Position numbers and translations under genes: made by a program
Source: Eledone cirrhosa
Lineage: Eukaryota
DNA: 64,000 nucleotides
Assembly (NCBI GenBank): GCA_964016885.1
Contig: OZ024743.1
Span: forward strand, 251,658,001 to 251,722,000
Direction of reading: 5' to 3'
Shown: piece after piece, positions 40,301 to 54,408 of the stretch
How the letters are laid out: every line of letters starts with the position of its first letter
Numbering within the stretch: the first letter of the stretch is position 1
The notes under the pieces: model-generated
Database searches by the model: none
What the model was told of the DNA's origin: nothing
What the model saw: the letters and a program-made list of their open reading frames with translations, nothing else

Positions 40301-40558
40301 CATTCATAACCTTCTATCTTAATTCTATCGTATTCGTCCAATTCCTTAATTCTATCGTATTCTCAAACAAAAAACAAAATCCTTTCCCATTCTACTTATA
40401 AATTACTTTAAATATATATAGTATGCTACTTGAAAGTCAAAAATCCGCTCCACCCCTTCACCCTCCTTGCTACCCCACGACGGGCTGCGGTCAGCCACAA
40501 TATCTCTCCCCCTTCGCCCCCCCCCCTCTCTTTCTTCCCCTCTATCTCTCTCTTAGCT

Positions 40559-40593
<35 letters not shown>

Positions 40594-43500
40594 AGATAAG
40601 TTCTCCTTCATGTTTATTTCACTTTCGCCAATCCACCACTGCTTCAATTATCTCTATGATGTACTCATGTAAACCGTAAAGTACAAATTATTCTCTCCTT
40701 TCCACGCTCAATTTCGTACATAGTCCAAACAAACATCCAATCTCGCAAAATCCGAAATCTGTATTTTTTGTTATCTATTTAAGGTTTAAATACGGTGTTT
40801 TTGTCGTATTGAACAGAACAAATCTTGCAGTTTTGCTTTTTGTTAAATCGCTTGTTAAACATTCATAACCTTCTATCTTAATTCTATCGTATTCGTCCAA
40901 TTCCTTAATTCTATCGTATTCTCAAACAAAAAACAAAATCCTTTCCCATTCTACTTATAAATTACTTTAAATATATATAGTATGCTACTTGAAAGTCAAA
41001 AATCCGCTCCACCCCTTCACCCTCCTTGCTACCCCACGAGGGGCTGCGGTCAGCCACAATATCTCTCCCCCTTCGCCCCCCCCTCTCTTTCTTCCCCTCT
41101 ATCTCTCTCTTAGCTACACACACACACACACACATATATATATAAGATAAGTTCTCCTTCATGTTTATTTCACTTTCGCCAATCCACCACTGCTTCAATT
41201 ATCTCTATGATGTACTCATGTAAACCGTAAAGTACAAATTATTCTCTCCTTTCCACGCTCAATTTCGTACATAGTCCAAACAAACATCCAATCTCGCAAA
41301 ATCCGAAATCTGTATTTTTTGTTATCTATTTAAGGTTTAAATACGGTGTTTTTGTCGTATTGAACAGAACAAATCTTGCAGTTTTGCTTTTTGTTAAATC
41401 GCTTGTTAAACATTCATAACCTTCTATCTTAATTCTATCGTATTCGTCCAATTCCTTAATTCTATCGTATTCTCAAACAAAAAACAAAATCCTTTCCCAT
41501 TCTACTTATAAATTACTTTAAATATATATAGTATGCTACTTGAAAGTCAAAAATCCGCTCCACACCTTCACCCTCCTTGCTACCCCACGAGGGGCTGCGG
41601 TCAGCCACAATATCTCTCCCCCTTCGCCCCCCCCCCCTCTCTTTCTTCCCCTCTATCTCTCTCTTAGCTACACACACACACACACACATATATATATAAG
41701 ATAAGTTCTCCTTCATGTTTATTTCACTTTCGCCAATCCACCACTGCTTCAATTATCTCTATGATGTACTCATGTAAACCGAAAAGTACAAATTATTCTC
41801 TCCTTTCCACGCTCAATTTCGTACATAGTCCAAACAAACATCCAATCTCGCAAAATCCGAAATCTGTATTTTTTGTTATCTATTTAAGGTTTAAATACGG
41901 TGTTTTTGTCGTATTGAACAGAACAAATCTTGCAGTTTTGCTTTTTGTTAAATCGCTTGTTAAACATTCATAACCTTCTATCTTAATTCTATCGTATTCG
42001 TCCAATTCCTTAATTCTATCGTATTCTCAAACAAAAAACAAAATCCTTTCCCATTCTACTTATAAATTACTTTAAATATATATAGTATGCTACTTGAAAG
42101 TCAAAAATCCGCTCCACCCCTTCACCCTCCTTGCTACCCCACGAGGGGCTGCGGTCAGCCACAATATCTCTCCCCCTTCGCCCCCCCCCCCCCCTCTCTT
42201 TCTTCCCCTCTATCTCTCTCTTAGCTACACACACACACACACACATATATATATAAGATAAGTTCTCCTTCATGTTTATTTCACTTTCGCCAATCCACCA
42301 CTGCTTCAATTATCTCTATGATGTACTCATGTAAACCGTAAAGTACAAATTATTCTCTCCTTTCCACGCTCAATTTCGTACATAGTCCAAACAAACATCC
42401 AATCTCGCAAAATCCGAAATCTGTATTTTTTGTTATCTATTTAAGGTTTAAATACGGTGTTTTTGTCGTATTGAACAGAACAAATCTTGCAGTTTTGCTT
42501 TTTGTTAAATCGCTTGTTAAACATTCATAACCTTCTATCTTAATTCTATCGTATTCGTCCAATTCCTTAATTCTATCGTATTCTCAAACAAAAAACAAAA
42601 TCCTTTCCCATTCTACTTATAAATTACTTTAAATATATATAGTATGCTACTTGAAAGTCAAAAATCCGCTCCACCCCTTCACCCTCCTTGCTACCCCACG
42701 AGGGGCTGCGGTCAGCCACAATATCTCTCCCCCTTCGCCCCCCCCCTCTCTTTCTTCCCCTCTATCTCTCTCTTAGCTACACACACACACACACACATAT
42801 ATATATAAGATAAGTTCTCCTTCATGTTTATTTCACTTTCGCCAATCCACCACTGCTTCAATTATCTCTATGATGTACTCATGTAAACCGTAAAGTACAA
42901 ATTATTCTCTCCTTTCCACGCTCAATTTCGTACATAGTCCAAACAAACATCCAATCTCGCAAAATCCGAAATCTGTATTTTTTGTTATCTATTTAAGGTT
43001 TAAATACGGTGTTTTTGTCGTATTGAACAGAACAAATCTTGCAGTTTTGCTTTTTGTTAAATCGCTTGTTAAACATTCATAACCTTCTATCTTAATTCTA
43101 TCGTATTCGTCCAATTCCTTAATTCTATCGTATTCTCAAACAAAAAACAAAATCCTTTCCCATTCTACTTATAAATTACTTTAAATATATATAGTATGCT
43201 ACTTGAAAGTCAAAAATCCGCTCCACCCCTTCACCCTCCTTGCTACCCCACGAGGGGCTGCGGTCAGCCACAATATCTCTCCCCCTTCGCCCCCCCCTCT
43301 CTTTCTTCCCCTCTATCTCTCTCTTAGCTACACACACACACACACACATATATATATAAGATAAGTTCTCCTTCATGTTTATTTCACTTTCGCCAATCCA
43401 CCACTGCTTCAATTATCTCTATGATGTACTCATGTAAACCGTAAAGTACAAATTATTCTCTCCTTTCCACGCTCAATTTCGTACATAGTCCAAACAAACA

Positions 43501-46500
43501 TCCAATCTCGCAAAATCCGAAATCTGTATTTTTTGTTATCTATTTAAGGTTTAAATACGGTGTTTTTGTCGTATTGAACAGAACAAATCTTGCAGTTTTG
43601 CTTTTTGTTAAATCGCTTGTTAAACATTCATAACCTTCTATCTTAATTCTATCGTATTCGTCCAATTCCTTAATTCTATCGTATTCTCAAACAAAAAACA
43701 AAATCCTTTCCCATTCTACTTATAAATTACTTTAAATATATATAGTATGCTACTTGAAAGTCAAAAATCCGCTCCACCCCTTCACCCTCCTTGCTACCCC
43801 ACGAGGGGCTGCGGTCAGCCACAATATCTCTCCCCCTTCGCCCCCCCCCCTCTCTTTCTTCCCCTCTATCTCTCTCTTAGCTACACACACACACACACAC
43901 ATATATATATAAGATAAGTTCTCCTTCATGTTTATTTCACTTTCGCCAATCCACCACTGCTTCAATTATCTCTATGATGTACTCATGTAAACCGTAAAGT
44001 ACAAATTATTCTCTCCTTTCCACGCTCAATTTCGTACATAGTCCAAACAAACATCCAATCTCGCAAAATCCGAAATCTGTATTTTTTGTTATCTATTTAA
44101 GGTTTAAATACGGTGTTTTTGTCGTATTGAACAGAACAAATCTTGCAGTTTTGCTTTTTGTTAAATCGCTTGTTAAACATTCATAACCTTCTATCTTAAT
44201 TCTATCGTATTCGTCCAATTCCTTAATTCTATCGTATTCTCAAACAAAAAACAAAATCCTTTCCCATTCTACTTATAAATTACTTTAAATATATATAGTA
44301 TGCTACTTGAAAGTCAAAAATCCGCTCCACCCCTTCACCCTCCTTGCTACCCCACGAGGGGCTGCGGTCAGCCACAATATCTCTCCCCCTTCGCCCCCCC
44401 CCCTCTCTTTCTTCCCCTCTATCTCTCTCTTAGCTACACACACACACACACACATATATATATAAGATAAGTTCTCCTTCATGTTTATTTCACTTTCGCC
44501 AATCCACCACTGCTTCAATTATCTCTATGATGTACTCATGTAAACCGAAAAGTACAAATTATTCTCTCCTTTCCACGCTCAATTTCGTACATAGTCCAAA
44601 CAAACATCCAATCTCGCAAAATCCGAAATCTGTATTTTTTGTTATCTATTTAAGGTTTAAATACGGTGTTTTTGTCGTATTGAACAGAACAAATCTTGCA
44701 GTTTTGCTTTTTGTTAAATCGCTTGTTAAACATTCATAACCTTCTATCTTAATTCTATCGTATTCGTCCAATTCCTTAATTCTATCGTATTCTCAAACAA
44801 AAAACAAAATCCTTTCCCATTCTACTTATAAATTACTTTAAATATATATAGTATGCTACTTGAAAGTCAAAAATCCGCTCCACCCCTTCACCCTCCTTGC
44901 TACCCCACGAGGGGCTGCGGTCAGCCACAATATCTCTCCCCCTTCGCCCCCCCCCCCTCTCTTTCTTCCCCTCTATCTCTCTCTTAGCTACACACACACA
45001 CACACACATATATATATAAGATAAGTTCTCCTTCATGTTTATTTCACTTTCGCCAATCCACCACTGCTTCAATTATCTCTATGATGTACTCATGTAAACC
45101 GTAAAGTACAAATTATTCTCTCCTTTCCACGCTCAATTTCGTACATAGTCCAAACAAACATCCAATCTCGCAAAATCCGAAATCTGTATTTTTTGTTATC
45201 TATTTAAGGTTTAAATACGGTGTTTTTGTCGTATTGAACAGAACAAATCTTGCAGTTTTGCTTTTTGTTAAATCGCTTGTTAAACATTCATAACCTTCTA
45301 TCTTAATTCTATCGTATTCGTCCAATTCCTTAATTCTATCGTATTCTCAAACAAAAAACAAAATCCTTTCCCATTCTACTTATAAATTACTTTAAATATA
45401 TATAGTATGCTACTTGAAAGTCAAAAATCCGCTCCACCCCTTCACCCTCCTTGCTACCCCACGAGGGGCTGCGGTCAGCCACAATATCTCTCCCCCTTCG
45501 CCCCCCCCTCTCTTTCTTCCCCTCTATCTCTCTCTTAGCTACACACACACACACACATATATATATATAAGATAAGTTCTCCTTCATGTTTATTTCACTT
45601 TCGCCAATCCACCACTGCTTCAATTATCTCTATGATGTACTCATGTAAACCGAAAAGTACAAATTATTCTCTCCTTTCCACGCTCAATTTCGTACATAGT
45701 CCAAACAAACATCCAATCTCGCAAAATCCGAAATCTGTATTTTTTGTTATCTATTTAAGGTTTAAATACGGTGTTTTTGTCGTATTGAACAGAACAAATC
45801 TTGCAGTTTTGCTTTTTGTTAAATCGCTTGTTAAACATTCATAACCTTCTATCTTAATTCTATCGTATTCGTCCAATTCCTTAATTCTATCGTATTCTCA
45901 AACAAAAAACAAAATCCTTTCCCATTCTACTTATAAATTACTTTAAATATATATAGTATGCTACTTGAAAGTCAAAAATCCGCTCCACCCCTTCACCCTC
46001 CTTACTACCCCACGAGGGGCTGCGGTCAGCCACAATATCTCTCCCCCTTCGCCCCCCCCTCTCTTTCTTCCCCTCTATCTCTCTCTTAGCTACACACACA
46101 CACACACACATATATATATAAGATAAGTTCTCCTTCATGTTTATTTCACTTTCGCCAATCCACCACTGCTTCAATTATCTCTATGATGTACTCATGTAAA
46201 CCGTAAAGTACAAATTATTCTCTCCTTTCCACGCTCAATTTCGTACATAGTCCAAACAAACATCCAATCTCGCAAAATCCGAAATCTGTATTTTTTGTTA
46301 TCTATTTAAGGTTTAAATACGGTGTTTTTGGCGTATTGAACAGAACAAATCTTGCAGTTTTGCTTTTTGTTAAATCGCTTGTTAAACATTCATAACCTTC
46401 TATCTTAATTCTATCGTATTCGTCCAATTCCTTAATTCTATCGTATTCTCAAACAAAAAACAAAATCCTTTCCCATTCTACTTATAAATTACTTTAAATA

Positions 46501-49500
46501 TATATAGTATGCTACTTGAAAGTCAAAAATCCGCTCCACCCCTTCACCCTCCTTGCTACCCCACGAGGGGCTGCGGTCAGCCACAATATCTCTCCCCCTT
46601 CGCCCCCCCCCTCTCTTTCTTCCCCTCTATCTCTCTCTTAGCTACACACACACACATATATATATAAGATAAGTTCTCCTTCATGTTTATTTCACTTTCG
46701 CCAATCCACCACTGCTTCAATTATCTCTATGATGTACTCATGTAAACCGTAAAGTACAAATTATTCTCTCCTTTCCACGCTCAATTTCGTACATAGTCCA
46801 AACAAACATCCAATCTCGCAAAATCCGAAATCTGTATTTTTTGTTATCTATTTAAGGTTTAAATACGGTGTTTTTGTCGTATTGAACAGAACAAATCTTG
46901 CAGTTTTGCTTTTTGTTAAATCGCTTGTTAAACATTCATAACCTTCTATCTTAATTCTATCGTATTCGTCCAATTCCTTAATTCTATCGTATTCTCAAAC
47001 AAAAAACAAAATCCTTTCCCATTCTACTTATAAATTACTTTAAATATATATAGTATGCTACTTGAAAGTCAAAAATCCGCTCCACCCCTTCACCCTCCTT
47101 GCTACCCCACGAGGGGCTGCGGTCAGCCACAATATCTCTCCCCCTTCGCCCCCCCCCTCTCTTTCTTCCCCTCTATCTCTCTCTTAGCTACACACACACA
47201 CACACACATATATATATAAGATAAGTTCTCCTTCATGTTTATTTCACTTTCGCCAATCCACCACTGCTTCAATTATCTCTATGATGTACTCATGTAAACC
47301 GAAAAGTACAAATTATTCTCTCCTTTCCACGCTCAATTTCGTACATAGTCCAAACAAACATCCAATCTCGCAAAATCCGAAATCTGTATGTTTTGTTATC
47401 TATTTAAGGTTTAAATACGGTGTTTTTGTCGTATTGAACAGAACAAATCTTGCAGTTTTGCTTTTTGTTAAATCGCTTGTTAAACATTCATAACCTTCTA
47501 TCTTAATTCTATCGTATTCGTCCAATTCCTTAATTCTATCGTATTCTCAAACAAAAAACAAAATCCTTTCCCATTCTACTTATAAATTACTTTAAATATA
47601 TATAGTATGCTACTTGAAAGTCAAAAATCCGCTCCACCCCTTCACCCTCCTTGCTACCCCACGAGGGGCTGCGGTCAGCCACAATATCTCTCCCCCTTCG
47701 CCCCCCCCTCTCTTTCTTCCCCTCTATCTCTCTCTTAGCTACACACACACACACACACATATATATATAAGATAAGTTCTCCTTCATGTTTATTTCACTT
47801 TCGCCAATCCACCACTGCTTCAATTATCTCTATGATGTACTCATGTAAACCGTAAAGTACAAATTATTCTCTCCTTTCCACGCTCAATTTCGTACATAGT
47901 CCAAACAAACATCCAATCTCGCAAAATCCGAAATCTGTATTTTTTGTTATCTATTTAAGGTTTAAATACGGTGTTTTTGTCGTATTGAACAGAACAAATC
48001 TTGCAGTTTTGCTTTTTGTTAAATCGCTTGTTAAACATTCATAACCTTCTATCTTAATTCTATCGTATTCGTCCAATTCCTTAATTCTATCGTATTCTCA
48101 AACAAAAAACAAAATCCTTTCCCATTCTACTTATAAATTACTTTAAATATATATAGTATGCTACTTGAAAGTCAAAAATCCGCTCCACCCCTTCACCCTC
48201 CTTGCTACCCCACGAGGGGCTGCGGTCAGCCACAATATCTCTCCCCCTTCGCCCCCCCCCTCTCTTTCTTCCCCTCTATCTCTCTCTTAGCTACACACAC
48301 ACACACACACATATATATATAAGATAAGTTCTCCTTCATGTTTATTTCACTTTCGCCAATCCACCACTGCTTCAATTATCTCTATGATGTACTCATGTAA
48401 ACCGTAAAGTACAAATTATTCTCTCCTTTCCACGCTCAATTTCGTACATAGTCCAAACAAACATCCAATCTCGCAAAATCCGAAATCTGTATTTTTTGTT
48501 ATCTATTTAAGGTTTAAATACGGTGTTTTTGTCGTATTGAACAGAACAAATCTTGCAGTTTTGCTTTTTGTTAAATCGCTTGTTAAACATTCATAACCTT
48601 CTATCTTAATTCTATCGTATTCGTCCAATTCCTTAATTCTATCGTATTCTCAAACAAAAAACAAAATCCTTTCCCATTCTACTTATAAATTACTTTAAAT
48701 ATATATAGTATGCTACTTGAAAGTCAAAAATCCGCTCCACCCCTTCACCCTCCTTGCTACCCCACGAGGGGCTGCGGTCAGCCACAATATCTCTCCCCCT
48801 TCGCCCCCCCCCCCCTCTCTTTCTTCCCCTCTATCTCTCTCTTAGCTACACACACACACACACACATATATATATAAGATAAGTTCTCCTTCATGTTTAT
48901 TTCACTTTCGCCAATCCACCACTGCTTCAATTATCTCTATGATGTACTCATGTAAACCGTAAAGTACAAATTATTCTCTCCTTTCCACGCTCAATTTCGT
49001 ACATAGTCCAAACAAACATCCAATCTCGCAAAATCCGAAATCTGTATTTTTTGTTATCTATTTAAGGTTTAAATACGGTGTTTTTGTCGTATTGAACAGA
49101 ACAAATCTTGCAGTTTTGCTTTTTGTTAAATCGCTTGTTAAACATTCATAACCTTCTATCTTAATTCTATCGTATTCGTCCAATTCCTTAATTCTATCGT
49201 ATTCTCAAACAAAAAACAAAATCCTTTCCCATTCTACTTATAAATTACTTTAAATATATATAGTATGCTACTTGAAAGTCAAAAATCCGCTCCACCCCTT
49301 CACCCTCCTTGCTACCCCACGAGGGGCTGCGGTCAGCCACAATATCTCTCCCCCTTCGCCCCCCCCCCCCCCTCTCTTTCTTCCCCTCTATCTCTCTCTT
49401 AGCTACACACACACACACACACATATATATATAAGATAAGTTCTCCTTCATGTTTATTTCACTTTCGCCAATCCACCACTGCTTCAATTATCTCTATGAT

Positions 49501-52500
49501 GTACTCATGTAAACCGAAAAGTACAAATTATTCTCTCCTTTCCACGCTCAATTTCGTACATAGTCCAAACAAACATCCAATCTCGCAAAATCCGAAATCT
49601 GTATTTTTTGTTATCTATTTAAGGTTTAAATACGGTGTTTTTGTCGTATTGAACAGAACAAATCTTGCAGTTTTGCTTTTTGTTAAATCGCTTGTTAAAC
49701 ATTCATAACCTTCTATCTTAATTCTATCGTATTCGTCCAATTCCTTAATTCTATCGTATTCTCAAACAAAAATCAAAATCCTTTCCCATTCTACTTATAA
49801 ATTACTTTAAATATATATAGTATGCTACTTGAAAGTCAAAAATCCGCTCCACCCCTTCACCCTCCTTGCTACCCCACGAGGGGCTGCGGTCAGCCACAAT
49901 ATCTCTCCCCCTTCGCCCCCCCCCCCCCTCTCTTTCTTCCCCTCTATCTCTCTCTTAGCTACACACACACACACACATATATATATAAGATAAGTTCTCC
50001 TTCATGTTTATTTCACTTTCGCCAATCCACCACTGCTTCAATTATCTCTATGATGTACTCATGTAAACCGTAAAGTACAAATTATTCTCTCCTTTCCACG
50101 CTCAATTTCGTACATAGTCCAAACAAACATCCAATCTCGCAAAATCCGAAATCTGTATTTTTTGTTATCTATTTAAGGTTTAAATACGGTGTTTTTGTCG
50201 TATTGAACAGAACAAATCTTGCAGTTTTGCTTTTTGTTAAATCGCTTGTTAAACATTCATAACCTTCTATCTTAATTCTATCGTATTCGTCCAATTCCTT
50301 AATTCTATCGTATTCTCAAACAAAAAACAAAATCCTTTCCCATTCTACTTATAAATTACTTTAAATATATATAGTATGCTACTTGAAAGTCAAAAATCCG
50401 CTCCACCCCTTCACCCTCCTTGCTACCCCACGAGGGGCTGCGGTCAGCCACAATATCTCTCCCCCTTCGCCCCCCCCCCTCTCTTTCTTCCCCTCTATCT
50501 CTCTCTTAGCTACACACACACACACACACATATATATATAAGATAAGTTCTCCTTCATGTTTATTTCACTTTCGCCAATCCACCACTGCTTCAATTATCT
50601 CTATGATGTACTCATGTAAACCGAAAAGTACAAATTATTCTCTCCTTTCCACGCTCAATTTCGTACATAGTCCAAACAAACATCCAATCTCGCAAAATCC
50701 GAAATCTGTATTTTTTGTTATCTATTTAAGGTTTAAATACGGTGTTTTTGTCGTATTGAACAGAACAAATCTTGCAGTTTTGCTTTTTGTTAAATCGCTT
50801 GTTAAACATTCATAACCTTCTATCTTAATTCTATCGTATTCGTCCAATTCCTTAATTCTATCGTATTCTCAAACAAAAAACAAAATCCTTTCCCATTCTA
50901 CTTATAAATTACTTTAAATATATATAGTATGCTACTTGAAAGTCAAAAATCCGCTCCACCCCTTCACCCTCCTTGCTACCCCACGAGGGGCTGCGGTCAG
51001 CCACAATATCTCTCCCCCTTCGCCCCCCCCCTCTCTTTCTTCCCCTCTATCTCTCTCTTAGCTACACACACACACACACACATATATATATAAGATAAGT
51101 TCTCCTTCATGTTTATTTCACTTTCGCCAATCCACCACTGCTTCAATTATCTCTATGATGTACTCATGTAAACCGTAAAGTACAAATTATTCTCTCCTTT
51201 CCACGCTCAATTTCGTACATAGTCCAAACAAACATCCAATCTCGCAAAATCCGAAATCTGTATTTTTTGTTATCTATTTAAGGTTTAAATACGGTGTTTT
51301 TGTCGTATTGAACAGAACAAATCTTGCAGTTTTGCTTTTTGTTAAATCGCTTGTTAAACATTCATAACCTTCTATCTTAATTCTATCGTATTCGTCCAAT
51401 TCCTTAATTCTATCGTATTCTCAAACAAAAAACAAAATCCTTTCCCATTCTACTTATAAATTACTTTAAATATATATAGTATGCTACTTGAAAGTCAAAA
51501 ATCCGCTCCACCCCTTCACCCTCCTTGCTACCCCACGAGGGGCTGCGGTCAGCCACAATATCTCTCCCCCTTCGCCCCCCCCTCTCTTTCTTACCCTCTA
51601 TCTCTCTCTTAGCTACACACACACACACACACATATATATATAAGATAAGTTCTCCTTCATGTTTATTTCACTTTCGCCAATCCACCACTGCTTCAATTA
51701 TCTCTATGATGTACTCATGTAAACCGTAAAGTACAAATTATTCTCTCCTTTCCACGCTCAATTTCGTACATAGTCCAAACAAACATCCAATCTCGCAAAA
51801 TCCGAAATCTGTATTTTTTGTTATCTATTTAAGGTTTAAATACGGTGTTTTTGTCGTATTGAACAGAACAAATCTTGCAGTTTTGCTTTTTGTTAAATCG
51901 CTTGTTAAACATTCATAACCTTCTATCTTAATTCTATCGTATTCGTCCAATTCCTTAATTCTATCGTATTCTCAAACAAAAAACAAAATCCTTTCCCATT
52001 CTACTTATAAATTACTTTAAATATATATAGTATGCTACTTGAAAGTCAAAAATCCGCTCCACCCCTTCACCCTCCTTGCTACCCCACGAGGGGCTGCGGT
52101 CAGCCACAATATCTCTCCCCCTTCGCCCCCCCCCCCTCTCTTTCTTCCCCTCTATCTCTCTCTTAGCTACACACACACACACACACATATATATATAAGA
52201 TAAGTTCTCCTTCATGTTTATTTCACTTTCGCCAATCCACCACTGCTTCAATTATCTCTATGATGTACTCATGTAAACCGAAAAGTACAAATTATTCTCT
52301 CCTTTCCACGCTCAATTTCGTACATAGTCCAAACAAACATCCAATCTCGCAAAATCCGAAATCTGTATTTTTTGTTATCTATTTAAGGTTTAAATACGGT
52401 GTTTTTGTCGTATTGAACAGAACAAATCTTGCAGTTTTGCTTTTTGTTAAATCGCTTGTTAAACATTCATAACCTTCTATCTTAATTCTATCGTATTCGT

Positions 52501-54377
52501 CCAATTCCTTAATTCTATCGTATTCTCAAACAAAAAACAAAATCCTTTCCCATTCTACTTATAAATTACTTTAAATATATATAGTATGCTACTTGAAAGT
52601 CAAAAATCCGCTCCACCCCTTCACCCTCCTTGCTACCCCACGAGGGGCTGCGGTCAGCCACAATATCTCTCCCCCTTTGCCCCCCCCTCTCTTTCTTCCC
52701 CTCTATCTCTCTCTTAGCTACACACACACACACACACATATATATATAAGATAAGTTCTCCTTCATGTTTATTTCACTTTCGCCAATCCACCACTGCTTC
52801 AATTATCTCTATGATGTACTCATGTAAACCGTAAAGTACAAATTATTCTCTCCTTTCCACGCTCAATTTCGTACATAGTCCAAACAAACATCCAATCTCG
52901 CAAAATCCGAAATCTGTATTTTTTGTTATCTATTTAAGGTTTAAATACGGTGTTTTTGTCGTATTGAACAGAACAAATCTTGCAGTTTTGCTTTTTGTTA
53001 AATCGCTTGTTAAACATTCATAACCTTCTATCTTAATTCTATCGTATTCGTCCAATTCCTTAATTCTATCGTATTCTCAAACAAAAAACAAAATCCTTTC
53101 CCATTCTACTTATAAATTACTTTAAATATATATAGTATGCTACTTGAAAGTCAAAAATCCGCTCCACCCCTTCACCCTCCTTGCTACCCCACGAGGGGCT
53201 GCGGTCAGCCACAATATCTCTCCCCCTTCGCCCCCCCCCTCTCTTTCTTCCCCTCTATCTCTCTCTTAGCTACACACACACACACACACATATATATATA
53301 AGATAAGTTCTCCTTCATGTTTATTTCACTTTCGCCAATCCACCACTGCTTCAATTATCTCTATGATGTACTCATGTAAACCGTAAAGTACAAATTATTC
53401 TCTCCTTTCCACGCTCAATTTCGTACATAGTCCAAACAAACATCCAATCTCGCAAAATCCGAAATCTGTATTTTTTGTTATCTATTTAAGGTTTAAATAC
53501 GGTGTTTTTGTCGTATTGAACAGAACAAATCTTGCAGTTTTGCTTTTTGTTAAATCGCTTGTTAAACATTCATAACCTTCTATCTTAATTCTATCGTATT
53601 CGTCCAATTCCTTAATTCTATCGTATTCTCAAACAAAAAACAAAATCCTTTCCCATTCTACTTATAAATTACTTTAAATATATATAGTATGCTACTTGAA
53701 AGTCAAAAATCCGCTCCACCCCTTCACCCTCCTTGCTACCCCACGAGGGGCTGCGGTCAGCCACAATATCTCTCCCCCTTCGCCCCCCCCCTCTCTTTCT
53801 TCCCCTCTATCTCTCTCTTAGCTACACACACACACACACACATATATATATAAGATAAGTTCTCCTTCATGTTTATTTCACTTTCGCCAATCCACCACTG
53901 CTTCAATTATCTCTATGATGTACTCATGTAAACCGTAAAGTACAAATTATTCTCTCCTTTCCACGCTCAATTTCGTACATAGTCCAAACAAACATCCAAT
54001 CTCGCAAAATCCGAAATCTGTATTTTTTGTTATCTATTTAAGGTTTAAATACGGTGTTTTTGTCGTATTGAACAGAACAAATCTTGCAGTTTTGCTTTTT
54101 GTTAAATCGCTTGTTAAACATTCATAACCTTCTATCTTAATTCTATCGTATTCGTCCAATTCCTTAATTCTATCGTATTCTCAAACAAAAAACAAAATCC
54201 TTTCCCATTCTACTTATAAATTACTTTAAATATATATAGTATGCTACTTGAAAGTCAAAAATCCGCTCCACCCCTTCACCCTCCTTGCTACCCCACGAGG
54301 GGCTGCGGTCAGCCACAATATCTCTCCCCCTTCGCCCCCCCCCCCTCTCTTTCTTCCCCTCTATCTCTCTCTTAGCT

Positions 54378-54408
<31 letters not shown>
